Assembly (NCBI GenBank): GCA_016748015.1
Contig: JAAOMT010000233.1
Span: 127,422 to 191,421 of the forward strand
Direction of reading: 5' to 3'
Length of the DNA stretch: 64,000 bases
Source: Geosiphon pyriformis uo1
Taxonomy: Eukaryota > Fungi > Glomeromycota
Under the pieces are notes generated by a model. That model worked only from the letters and a program-made list of their open reading frames with translations, had not been told where the DNA came from and did not search any database. Shown here one piece after another: positions 52,001 through 64,000 of the stretch (position 1 is the first letter of the stretch; each line of letters starts with the position of its first letter). The position numbers and the translations under genes are program-made.

Positions 52001-53174
52001 AACTCCATAACTTATTTAATACTTGTGAAAACGTTTTACAAATTCAATATTTTAACCAATGAAGATTCAATATATTGGCAAGCTTACAGAACTGAAATTT
52101 TAACAATTTTCAGACCAAATTACTTCAATAATCTTGGATCACTATCTCGAAATCACAAATAGTGCTTGGCTTTAATGAAGCTCAGTTTTAAGAAGAAGAT
52201 TATGTTATTAATAAAATTTTAACTATTAAATTAGCAGGCAATTACTTCTATAATTCCTATTATTAATTAGCATATATTAATATTGTTTCAATTATTACTT
52301 ATTATTTAATTAAATTATTAAATATCACTATTTAATTAATAAACCGATTTGTACAATAGAAATTAAGATAATCAAATGACACAATACTTCGAACTATGTA
52401 ATATCTAAGAATTGGCCAAAATTTGTAGAAATTTACTGAAATAATGAGTAATTTATTAAAATAGTTAATAATGCAATGAAATAATTTGTAGGTTATTGAA
52501 ATATATTTTTAGTTCATCGAAATAATAGCAAAGAGTAAAGTTTAAGTTTATAGACTAGTACTATAACAAATTGTATAAAAAAAGAGATTTTCTCTTTGAG
52601 AAAATATATCTTACTTAAAATTATCTCATTTAAATTTACTTTTAGTTAAAAACAATCGAAATAAAAATCATACTTTAAAAAAACCAATTTTTTAATTAAT
52701 TGCACTTGAAATTTCCCAAAAACCCAACTAATGTTTGAAATTGATTAGCTACCAATTTCAGTAAACTGTTAGTGATTTCAGGTCTGAACCAAAAACGATT
52801 CTCTTTACAAAATCTCATTTTTTTTACATTTCTTTTATTTTTTTTTATTTTTATTATTATAATTATTAGGATAGTCTACAGATGAGTTTTCTGTAAAAAA
52901 GTTAACTTTTACAGCAAAATAACTACACATTTTTAGTAAGCTTCTAGATAAACAATTCTTGGAAAAGAGTTGACGTTTATTACAATGTAACTATACAAAA
53001 TAACTGGCACAAAATTGGCCATTTTACTTATAAGCCTAATACTTCAAATTATCTTCTATAATTTGAAAATAAATTCAGTTATTAGAGATTCAATAGCTTT
53101 CAATAAACATGAATTAAAACAGCAAATGAACATTAATAACAATTAAAAAAAGAGACCAAAAATTTTTAATAATA
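49025..53174 (+). mobile_element. Element B: RT, RNase H, integrase, ORF3 and 3' LTR (52203-53174)
   Basis: Colinear with A 23657-27650; ORF3 remnant at ~51520-52230; followed by GCAC (53175-53178). Confidence 0.92.
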
Positions 53175-55240
53175 GCACACATTAGCAAAAAGCCTTTAAA
53201 ATTCTGAAGGAAAAATTAGTCACTGAATCAATTCTTATATAATTTAATCTAAATTAATCTTTTATTTTTTTCATTAATGCATCTGGTTTTAGATTTAGTG
53301 CTGTTTTTTTCCAAAAAGATAAAGATAGCAAAAAATATATTATAGCTTATGTTAACTAATTACTTTTTTTAGCAGAACAAAACTACTTAGTTACTAAACA
53401 AAAATGCTCAACAGTAGTATAAGCTACTAATTACTAGAATAAATATCTTTTTGATACCAAATTCTTGGTGGTAACAAATTATTAAGTTTTGGTTTGGTTG
53501 TGCAAAAAAAAAGCTGAAACACAAATAAATAATTTGCTGAATATTTTACTTGAATAAATTTAACTATAATATATAATATTATAAAAAGTAAATTATCAAA
53601 ACATTAATGCTTTCTTTAAACTTACTATTTAGTAATAATACAATTTTTACAACCAAACCAATTTAATTATTAGTAACTTTTTCCTTAATCAAACACAATA
53701 ATAAATTTAAACAACTATTTTGTCTTAATAAAATTTTTGGATAAAAAACAATACCTATCAAACTATACTTAACAACAAAGAAAACATTTGCAAAAACAAT
53801 TCAGAAAACATTTGCTCATTATTATTTGTCTATCTTGGAAAAAGACATTGTTAATTACATTAAAATCTGTAATACTTACCAGAAAAGAGAAAAAACCAAT
53901 TGCAAAAAAATATTTATTCAATTTTTGTTGATCAACCATTTGACAGAATTGGTATAGATATTGTTAAATCTTTAATAATAACTTCTAATGACAACAAATA
54001 TATTATTATAGCTACTAACTATCTTACAAAATAGATAGAAACAAAAGCTACTTCAGATTAAACAGCAATTTTCATAGCCAATTTTATTTATGAAGATATT
54101 ATTTGTTACTATAAATGTTTAAAAAACTTTTATCTAATAAAAATGAACTTTTTTTAGTACACTAATTAAAAAACTTTGTAGAAAAATAGAAATATATTAT
54201 AAATCTTTTTATTATTATTATTTTTAAACAAATAGTTTAGTGAAAAATTTTAATATAATATTATATAAAATCTTAACCAAAACTAGTAAAAAAACAAACT
54301 TATAGAACAAAGTATTATCTTTAACTTTGTTTGCTTATAGAATTGTAAATTATATTATAACAAATTATAAATCTTTTTATTTGTTCTATAAATAAATAAC
54401 AACTTTATCAATAAAATTAAACATTAAAACAATGCTCTTTAAAAAGATTACAATAAAGAATTATAAAGATATTTTGCAAAAAAAACTTGGTACTATTCTT
54501 AATTTATTGGTAGAAGCATAATTAATTGTCTTTAAAAAAATAAAACAGTTTTAAGAAAAGCTTAAAAAAAAACTTATAAAACATTTTTCTTAAATATTAG
54601 TAACTTAGCTTTAAAATACTGTTAAACAGAGATAATATTTATAATAATAAATTTTCTAGCTAATAAAAAGGACTTTTTATAGTTAACAAAGTTTTAAACA
54701 ATGATTCTTATATTTTACAAGATTAATATAAAACAATCTTTAATAATTACCTTGTTTATAGTATATAATTCAAAAAATATTACAAATAATCTAATTGGTT
54801 ATCTATTATGATAATACCAGCCTAAATGATCAACAAAAATTAAATATAAATAAATATATTATTTTAAAACAGAAATATTTTTAATTAACATAAACAATTA
54901 TTTCTTGGACTAAAATATTCAAAATGCTTTTTATATTTTTTATAAGTATTAGACTAAAAACTATCTAAACACTACTTTGACAATTGAATAACAGATTACT
55001 ATAACTAATAACAATAGAATACATACTGTTATTAGACCAAAAAAAACTACTACCAGAAAAAAAAAATAGTAGTAAAATAGATAAATATATGCTTGAAAGC
55101 ATAACAGCAAATATATTATTACTTTTTAATATACTTGAAAAAACAATTAAAAAAATTTTGTTCATAGACAAAAACTTAATTACCAGCAAAAAAATTGGTT
55201 TAATTTAACCAATTTATATTACAAAACTATTTTCAAACAA
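53175..55240 (+). mobile_element. Element E, 3' part: decayed RNase H, integrase and possible ORF3
   Basis: QKAF.ILKEKLVTE, (D)ASGF, QPFDRIGIDIV; continues the reading frame broken at 3147 on the minus strand. Confidence 0.82.
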
Positions 55241-55890
55241 ATAACAACAAAAATAATTTTAACAACTAATTAGTATTTTATAATAACAATTAACAGTTAT
55301 CAAGATACTTTTATATTTAATTCAGTTTCTTATAATGCCAAAAAACCAACATTTTATTATACTGTATTCTTAGAAAATAAAATTACAGCATATTAATAAA
55401 ACTTTTTCTATAATATCATAATTTTATTAGCAAAAATAGCTAAAAATACCAATATCTTAAACATATTTCTATTTAAATTCAAAGCTAATAAATCACTTTT
55501 TTTACTTAATAATACAACTATTTTAAAATAAAAAACAATAATAGCAATATATACAAAGACTAAAGTTAAAAAAAAATCAATTTAATTAATTCTAAATAAT
55601 AAATTAGCTGAAAATATTATCACTTATTAGCTTACACAAAAACTCAAGTGAAATATGAACTGTTCTGCTTAAACAATAATTATTATTGCTGATAGTATAA
55701 AAAAAATCTTAGTAAAAAAAATCTTTTACAATTAATGAAATTATTATTTTAGTTAAAGTACTAGTTATAAATACATTTTAATACCAAGTTTTTGTTGTAA
55801 ACAATTGACTTTTTAAAGCCAATGTTAATTTAGATTAAAAAACACAAGAACTAAAAATTTTATACCAAGAACAATACACTAAAGTACATA
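55240..55890 (+). mobile_element. Isolated decayed fragment of family A/B gag tail and protease
   Basis: Colinear with A ~20900-21490. Confidence 0.75.
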
Positions 55891-55924
55891 GTATAGTCTT
55901 GGTTTGCTAAATAACTGGTAACAT

Positions 55925-57093
55925 GTAAAAATAATATATATTTAGTTAAAATTTTTATAATTTAATAATAAATATTATTTATTTCAAAATAGTTTTTAAA
56001 ATTAATGAATCACAAATATATATAAAAATATTTGGATGGCTAATCACACGTAGTTTGTTGCGTGATTCATAATAATTGCATTATAAGAAAATACTTGGTG
56101 ATTGGATTACACCGAGTATGCAAAAAAATATACATTTTTTAATCCAATCTAAAAAAAACTAAAAAACAGCCAATATTTAAATTCAATATGAACAAATATA
56201 AATATAATAATAATATAATTAAAAATTTATTAAAAGTATTAAAAATTTAATAAAAACAGCTTTTTAATAATATAAAAAGTTTTATTTATATAATTAACTA
56301 AAATTTTAACAATTAAATCAACGATCAAGATAATATTTAAATTAATAGTTAATTTTAAAAATTAAANNNNNNNNNNNNNNNNNNNNCTGAATGGCTGGTA
56401 ACATGTAGAAAGTGCATGAGCCACATTTACTTAGAACAGATAGTGATTGGACTTCACTCGTTAAATAAATAAATAAATAAAATTTATTTATTTATTTAAA
56501 AAAAATTCAATTAATACCAGAAAATTTATTTTTGTTTGATAATTATTAATTGTTTCAAAAAATATTTAATTTTAGATATAATATAGAACTTGTTTAATGG
56601 ATTAAAATGAATAAAAAAATTATTATTTTGTATTATTTTATGTTAAGTAATTGTAAAATAATATATATTTAGATAAAATTTTTTTAATTTAATAATTAAT
56701 ATTATTTATTTCAAAATAGTTTTTAAAATTAATGAATCACAAATATATAAAAAAATATTTGGATGGCTAATCGCACGTAGTTTGTTGCGTGATTCATAAT
56801 AATTGCATTATAAGAAAATACTTGGTGGTTGGATTACACCGAGTATGCAAAAAAATATACATTTTTTAATCCAATCTAAAAAAAACTAAAAAACAGCCAA
56901 TATTTAAATTCAATATGAACAAATATAAATATAATAATAATATAATTAAAAATTTATTAAAAGTATTAAAAATTTAATAAAAACAGCTTTTTAATAATAT
57001 AAAAAGTTTTATTTATATAATTAACTAAAATTTTAACAATTAAATCAACGATCAAGATAATATTTAAATTAATAGTTAATTTTAAAAATTAAA
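55925..57093 (+). repeat. ~440-bp near-identical direct duplication (55925-56366 / 56652-57093) flanking a short N gap
   Basis: Direct comparison; the first copy ends exactly at the gap. Confidence 0.9.
56388..56482 (+). mobile_element. LINE 3' UTR fragment with (TAAA)n tail
   Basis: CTGAATGGCTGGTAACATGTAGAAAGTGCATG matches the reverse complement of ~7800-7910 and ends in TAAA repeats. Confidence 0.7.
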
Positions 57094-59991
57094 ATAATAT
57101 AATAGAATCAATACATAATAAACATAATAAATACTATAAATTGTTTACTTTATCTTTTTGACCAGTAATTAAAATTAATTATTCTAAATTATCAAATTCA
57201 TAATTTTTATTAATTTATATATGTTAAGTTTTAAATTAGTTGTAATTTACAATACAAAAAATAATAATTTAATGTATTTAACTGATTCATAAACATTAAT
57301 TTATTAATATTTATAAAAATATACTCAGATTTTTTCTATTGTTATTTAGTTATTTACTCAAAATTTTAAATTAGTATAATATTTTAATTATAAAAAGTGC
57401 AAAAATTATTGATTGCCCATGATTTTTGGAGATTAATTGTTTCTTACATTTTTTAAAAGATTATAACCTACTCTTAAGTTTTGTTAAACATATTAGAAAT
57501 AAAAGTAATTGATATTTTATTAGTTAAATGACTTGTATATCCAAAACTTTCATGTATTCAGTCTTTTAACAATAAAAAAAAAGTTCAAATTATTATTACT
57601 TTTATTACTAAAAAAATTACATTTTGTAGGAAAAATTTAGAGATTGTTCAAAAAATAGATTTTGTATAAGAATAAAGTTATTTTGTTTACCTACTAGATT
57701 ATTGTATAAACTGAAAATTACCTAAATGAAAAAAAGGAGAGTAAAAATCTTCCTTCTATTTTAATGGTTTTTCTGTTGGATAAATAAAAAAGGCATTTAT
57801 TTTATATCCACTTAAATATTTGTTTTCGGCTGCTGAATGGTTTGAAAACTCTATTCGTTATAGACAGATAAATATTTTGAATACAATAAATTGCATAGCA
57901 AAAAACTCAAATGAGTCACACAAGATGATAAAACAGAAATAGAAGAATTCATAAAATGAAAAATATTTAATATGATTAGCAAAAAGTAAGAATTGCTATA
58001 TTTTTTATGTTAAAAAATTTTTAAAAACTTTTACTGAATTCCTGCAAGATATTGATTTTTTTCCAAATATTCAGAGATTTTATGGTCTTGGTAAAACTAT
58101 TAAAGGCATTTATTCTCAAGGCTCTATGATGAAATTATTTTATCAAATTCTAACTTATTTTATGAAAATGGTTTAGATGATGCTTTAACTTTTTTTAAGA
58201 AGTATTTATGATTCATTTGAATTAATATCTATTTCTGAAACTTGCTACAACTTAATTTTTTGACTTTTTTAAACTACATTAGTTTGTCATTGTTATTAAT
58301 AAACATTAATTTTTTGCATATTAAACTATATTCGCCTAGCGTAATATAATTAATCTAAAAACAATTAAATTTTGAAAAGGCTGAATTTAATAAACTGTGA
58401 AAATAAAAAAAATTAAATTCTCAGATATGGTTAAAATCCAAAACGCTTTCTTGAACATATGAAAAATAATTTTTATTCCGCTAAAATAATATTTTGGGTG
58501 GTTTAAAAAAATATAAATAATTAATTAAATTTCTATTATCTTTGAAATTTATGACCAAGCCCTTTTACTTAATGACAAACAAATTAAAATAGTTCAACAA
58601 TTATAGATATAAATAAGGATATTTTAATTTAATTGTTAATTTACCTTGTAAATTTTCATTTTGCTATTAAAGTTATTCTCAAATAAGAATATCAAGGAAT
58701 TCAAATATGCAGTAGATTATATTGTGATATTGTGATAAATTCAATTTGCATAAAGAGAGCTTTTTTTAAAAAAATCTTTTGTATATGCGATTAATAAAAT
58801 TCTGATAAAATACTTTAAAGTGAAAAATTTCAATTTAATAATATATATTTATTATATTATTATTATTTACAAAATATCATTAACATTGTTGATATATGTT
58901 AAGTATTATTGATAAAATCTATTATCATTAAATTTACCGTTGTAACTAATTAAACTAGTTCTGTACTGAATAATTATTTAAATTTCTATCTTGACATTTC
59001 TTATGAGGAAAGGTAATTTTCTTCCATTTCCGTGAAGATTTTTTAAATTTTAAATTTAATTACATGGGGCTCTATTATGGAAAAAAAATTGAAAATTTAG
59101 AATGATGAAATTAAAGCATTTGAAATTCTGATGCGACAAAAAGTTGGATAATTTATATAGTTATTTTAGAAGTCTCAAATCTAAAGGGCATATAGAAACA
59201 TATATACAATATAGCATGCATCGGTAATGAAATAACGAGATTAAAAAAAAAGAGGCTAAAACTCTGTAATGTAGAGAATTAAATAAATATTCTCAACATA
59301 AAACGATTCTAATTGGGAGCTTTTTTGGCAACTCCAAAGAATAAAGCAGTGTAGTCTCAATTAACTTTAAAATATTTATTTGTTAAAAGCTGGATGTAGG
59401 TGCACATTATCCATGAAATATACTAAGCTTGATAGACTAGCTAGAATTTTTTTACTCAGTTTGATTCTGAGGCCTGGCCAAAATTTTATATTTTCATTTT
59501 GCGATTACTTGCTGCACCTTAACCATCCAAATAATATTTGGAAAGAAAGAATCGCTCTAGTATGATATGGTAAAAAATAATAATAATCAATTTACTTTTC
59601 CTTTTTAAACTATTAATTTTGTTTATTAAAAATATGTGTATATTATTGTAAATTAAATATATATGTTTCTTTGAACAGCATTATTTTTTTTAGAAATAAC
59701 TTTTCTTTTTAACATAGAACTGGCAGTATAAATCATAATCAATGAGATTAACATGAAAAGTAAATATGTTGTAGTGTTTCGGCAATTTGCAAAGCCTATT
59801 GCCTTATTCACTGGAAATCGGTAATTGGGAATCGTCGTTGTCGTTGTTGGGAATCGTTGTGCCATCAATCCTGTGTTCCTAGCCCCGTTCTAACTGCCTC
59901 TGTTACGTCCGCACTTACACCTCCCCCAAAAACAACTCCTCTACCAAATCCTATAATGCGCCTGTTGATAATTGCCATTGTCATCGTGCCA

Positions 59992-61474
59992 TCAATCCAG
60001 CTCAAGATCTGAATATTTTACTCTCTTTGGCTCAGGAGTAAATTCAGATCTGGTGCGAGATTTGATGGCTTTTTTGGGGAGATGAGGCAAGCCAGTTAGC
60101 AAATCCCTATTTTGCCTGGCTCCTTCTCTGTTAAGCAATGCTTTAAGAGTCATCACATCTTGATATACAAATGTTTTCAAGTACACCATTAACTTGAATG
60201 CATTTATGATGTCAACCTCTTAATTTCCAGTGTGAAATTTAAAAATGACATTTTAAGCATGATAGGTATATAGTAAAGTCCTATCTGCTTCATTGTAAAG
60301 TGCTTTTATCAAACCCAACTGAATAGTAGTCCCATTCATGAGATCAACATGCAAGCAGGTTCTATTTACTTCTGCTTCTGTCGTATAAGGAGCAGTAGCA
60401 AGAAACTTATTATATTCAAATATAGTTTCTGCTATAACAACCATTTCATCCTTATGTATGGTGAATCCATTTGCCTCAAATTCAGCAATAAAAAAGGAAA
60501 TTGCTGCTCCAAATTGTTGAAGACAACAGCTGTAAAATCTGATCTTGCAGAATCTTTTCTACTATTACCAGGAATTTGGTGCTGATATTCCCAGTTTGTG
60601 TCGATACTTTCTGAACCTATCAGGAAGGTATCTTGGAAAAGTTTTGTCCAGAGTTGTGCCTTAATAGAATTTTCTGAAGGCATACTTCCTGAACCTCTGC
60701 TAGGGATCAGTAAACAAAGCGAGACTGCACTAATTGCAGAAAAGGCTACCCTTACATCAATGACACAATGTTCTTTTGTGTCAAAGAAACTTGGCACCTG
60801 TTCCTGGATGTGGGGCTTTGTGTTTTTCACAATGCCTTTTGCAATTAGATCACCCATAATTGCAGCTGGATATTGAATCTGCTCATTGGAACTATCTTTG
60901 AAGACAAGCTCCAATAAAGACACGTTAATAGATGGTGTAGGCAAAGATGTGCTGATGGATTGAATGCCTATGAAGAGAGACCAGTCTACAACAGACCAGG
61001 TAAGCATTGCAGATAAATGCCTACCCCTTTATGATTGCTCTTAATTGTGGTGATTCCTCATCTCCTCAAGGATTCTTCTGTAAGACAGGAGTGTAACAGC
61101 AACAGACGGCGTGAATAGTAAAATTTCATGTAGTGGGTCGTTGGGAGGTGTTTGTGAGCTGTCAGGAGAGAAATTTGGGGGTTCTTCGGCCGACGATTGG
61201 TTTTTTTAAAGTTTCAATGCATCTCGCATTAAAACTGCTGCTCTACATGGCATTGAAATGGCTTTAAATTCTGAACTAAAATTTCTAGGTCAGAATTTAA
61301 AGCCTGATGCAACATCTCTATTGTCGCATTTTCATGTTCCTGCAAGTAGTAAGTGTCCCAGTTATCGGTATGCCCCCACTTGTACACCGCACGCCCCCAA
61401 TAATCATGGTGGGCAACTTTAGCTAAAGTTGCTTCCAGTAATCCACCTCTTGGCATTTTTGTTTTTTTTGTCAT
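59992..61474 (-). pseudogene. Fragmented hypothetical protein gene, possible PD-(D/E)xK restriction-endonuclease-like fold
   Basis: GC-richer island with four consecutive minus-strand ORFs; joined reading ..SENSIKAQLWTKLF..WEY..ARSDF..FPFFIAEFE..HKD.. Confidence 0.45.
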
Positions 61475-62223
61475 AGAATTGGATTATGTTAAGAAAGTTT
61501 AAAAAACAAAAATTTACTTTTGCGATTTAAATATTCGTTTATAATCAGAAACACCGTAAAATAATTTTTAACGGTCTCTGATTATAAATCATAAACAAAA
61601 TTATAAATATAAACAAAAAACATTGTTTATAATCAGAGACGCATTAAATTATAAATCATATGTTTTTTGTTTATTTTTATCAAATTTTTTTTATTTTAAC
61701 AAAATATATTAATACATTATCAATATTAACTAAATAAAAAAACAAAATTTACAGAAAAAATACCCTATATTTTATTTCACTACAAGTTTTTATTAAATAA
61801 ATAAGACATGAAAACAATGCTAATATATTTTATGGCTCCTACTAATATCTCTTCATTTTGTATATGCAACGAACGATTCTAGCTCTATTGGACTCGAATA
61901 GTAGTGAACACTAATTTGCCTTAATGTTTGGAGGCGCTTTCGATTGTATTTTGTTATTGCTTTCGGGTATGAAATATGAACACCATGTTTTTTATGCTGC
62001 GGCCATTTATATTATTCAGTCTAGTGTATTACGAGATATGGACGCCATATTATTAATGATTGTTCCTGCTGTAACCATTTATTTTGTTCTCTTAACAGAC
62101 TTTTTAGGCAAGGGGGGAAGACTGAGTTAAATGTTGGTCCCACGGTTTAAGGGGGATGTGAATCGTCATGATTTGATTCAGCCAATTATAGGATTTGAAA
62201 TCATATGACTCAATCCACTAAAC

Positions 62224-63865
62224 GTTCTTTTTATCAATGCCAGTTAAACAATATATAAACTAGCTCAGAACTTTTAAACTAAACTAGTAGTTACCTCTCT
62301 CTCTCACTTACCCCTCTCTCTCACTTACCCCTCTCTCTCACTTACCCCTCTCTCACACTTACCTCTCTCTCTCACTTACCCCTCTCTCTCACTTACCCCT
62401 CTCTCTCACCTATCCTTCTCTTTCACTTACCCTTCTCTCTCATTTACCCTTCTCTTTAACTTACCTCTCTCTCAAACTTACCCACCAAACTAAGAAGTTG
62501 ATGTTCAAGTCGTTGAGCATTTGAATGAGAGCTAAAGGTTAGTATCTTTTCACATTTTTCAGAGGATGTGAGCACTTACTGTGTTTTGATCAGACATATG
62601 TGCACACATTGTGGTAGGAAAATGGTCTGAGATTCGTGCTTATAAGCTTTGCGCTATAAGCTTTATGCTCGGGAAAGTGGAAAATGCTTAAAGAAATTAG
62701 CGAAGGTGATTCTTCCTATACTGATAGATTAGGAAAGAAGAGTCATCCAGTTTTATGTTCACTATGACATGCATATTTTGTTTCACAGCAATTGTGCTAT
62801 ACCTCATTCTAATAGTATGGGGAAGAAGAATGTCTGGGTCTTAACTTCTCTGTGGCGTTCACTTTTGCTTTTCTTGGCATGAGATGTATTCCGTGACTAC
62901 TGGTCAAGTGGGAGGCAATCCAGACTAACATATGCTTTCTGTGGTTCGCACTGTCTTATATTGGCTCAATATTTTATTGATCTTCTTTTTATACTATTCT
63001 AGACTTAAAGCATAAAGCCAAATAACTGTCAACTACCTTGCTTTAGTTAACCAAACATGATCAACTTTTTGTTATTTATTGCCTTCTTTTGCTTTACCGT
63101 TATCACTTTCCACGGATTTATTGTTCCTTTTGTCAATGCCAATTAAACAATAAATAAACTAGCTTAGTACTTTTAAACTAAACTAGTAGTTATTTCTCTC
63201 TCACTTATTCTTCTCTCTCAACTATTCTTCTCTTTCACTTACCCTTTTCTTTCACTTACCCTTCTCTTTCACTTACCCTTCTCTCTCATTTACTTTTCTC
63301 TTTAACTTACCTCTTTCTCAAACTTACCCACCAAACTAAGAAGTTGATGTTCAAGTCGTTGAGCATTCGAACGAGAGCCAAAGATCAGTATTTTTTCACA
63401 TTTTTCAAAAGATGTGAGCACTTACTGTGTTTTGATCAGACATATGCACACACATTGTGGTAGAAAAATGGTTTGAAATTTGTGCTTATAAGCTTCGTGC
63501 TCGGGAAAGTGGAAAATGCTTAAAGAAATTAGTGAAGGTGATTCTCCCTATACTATCAGGATAGGGAAGAAGAGTCGTCCAGGTTTTATGTTCACCAAGA
63601 CATGCACATTTTTGTTTCACAGCAATTGTGCTATACCTCATTCTAATAGTATGGGGAAGAAGAATGTCTGGGTCTTAACTTCTCTGTGGCGTTCACTTTT
63701 GCTTTTCTTGGCATGAGATGTATCCCGTGACTACTGGTCAAGTGGGAGGCAATCCAGACTAGCATATGCTTTCTGTGGTTCGCGCTGTCTCATATTGGCT
63801 CAATATTTTATTGATCTTCTTTTGATACCATTCTAGACTCAAAGCTTAAAGCCAAACAACTGTCA
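62224..63865 (+). repeat. Tandem duplication of a ~0.75-0.8 kb unit (62224-63031 / 63123-63865)
   Basis: Colinear copies differing by substitutions and minisatellite copy number. Confidence 0.92.
62292..62485 (+). repeat. ~17-bp minisatellite (CACTTACCCCTCTCTCT)n; second array at ~63192-63330
   Basis: About 11 and 8 units visible. Confidence 0.93.
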
Positions 63866-64000
63866 GTTAACGAACTTTCTGTTTTTCTTATTTTAAATAT
63901 TATTCTATCGAATCATTACTTTAAATCGGTAACTTTTTAAAAATACAATATTAATATAACGCTAGAAACAATCTATTCATGCAATTATTCTTTCGACTAT

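Noticed and set aside
55925-57093. Biological tandem duplication
   Set aside because: Near-identical copies abut a short N gap, so unmerged contig ends or haplotypes are equally likely; not treated as a finding.
57100-59800. Genes in the AT-rich spacer (ORFs 59380 and 59653)
   Set aside because: No motifs or homology visible; treated as intergenic or unrecognisably decayed repeat.
61924-62130. Small hydrophobic membrane protein ORF
   Set aside because: 68 aa with no recognisable motif; T-rich DNA yields such ORFs by chance.
62292-62485. Telomeric repeat
   Set aside because: The unit contains TTACCC rather than CCCTAA, and is internal and duplicated with its flanks.

Overview
Very AT-rich eukaryotic DNA. 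Bases ~1-56,000 are a nested cluster of decayed retrotransposons; the gag, pol and LINE peptides resemble my recollection of Glomeromycotina repeats (Geosiphon-like), which is inference. At least six Ty3/gypsy (Metaviridae) LTR elements and three isolated LTRs can be reconstructed from TGTTAC...GTAACA termini, tRNA primer-binding sites, polypurine tracts and 4-bp target-site duplications (TSDs). Nesting order: E hosts B; B hosts C, A and D; D hosts G. The youngest copy (A, 18052-27650) has an unusual layout: GUG-start N-terminal extension, gag(CCHC), protease, Cys-rich domain, dUTPase, dUTPase-like beta domain, RT, RNase H, integrase without chromodomain, then a separate conserved non-membrane ORF3 in the env position. 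Two TSD pairs and split reading frames show that the left ~12.5 kb is inverted relative to the rest. Also present: a decayed RNase H-bearing LINE (7794-12440), pervasive C>T/G>A decay, a candidate PD-(D/E)xK-like pseudogene (~60-61.5 kb) and a ~0.8 kb tandem duplication with a minisatellite. No intact cellular gene, rRNA, tRNA or CRISPR array is supported.
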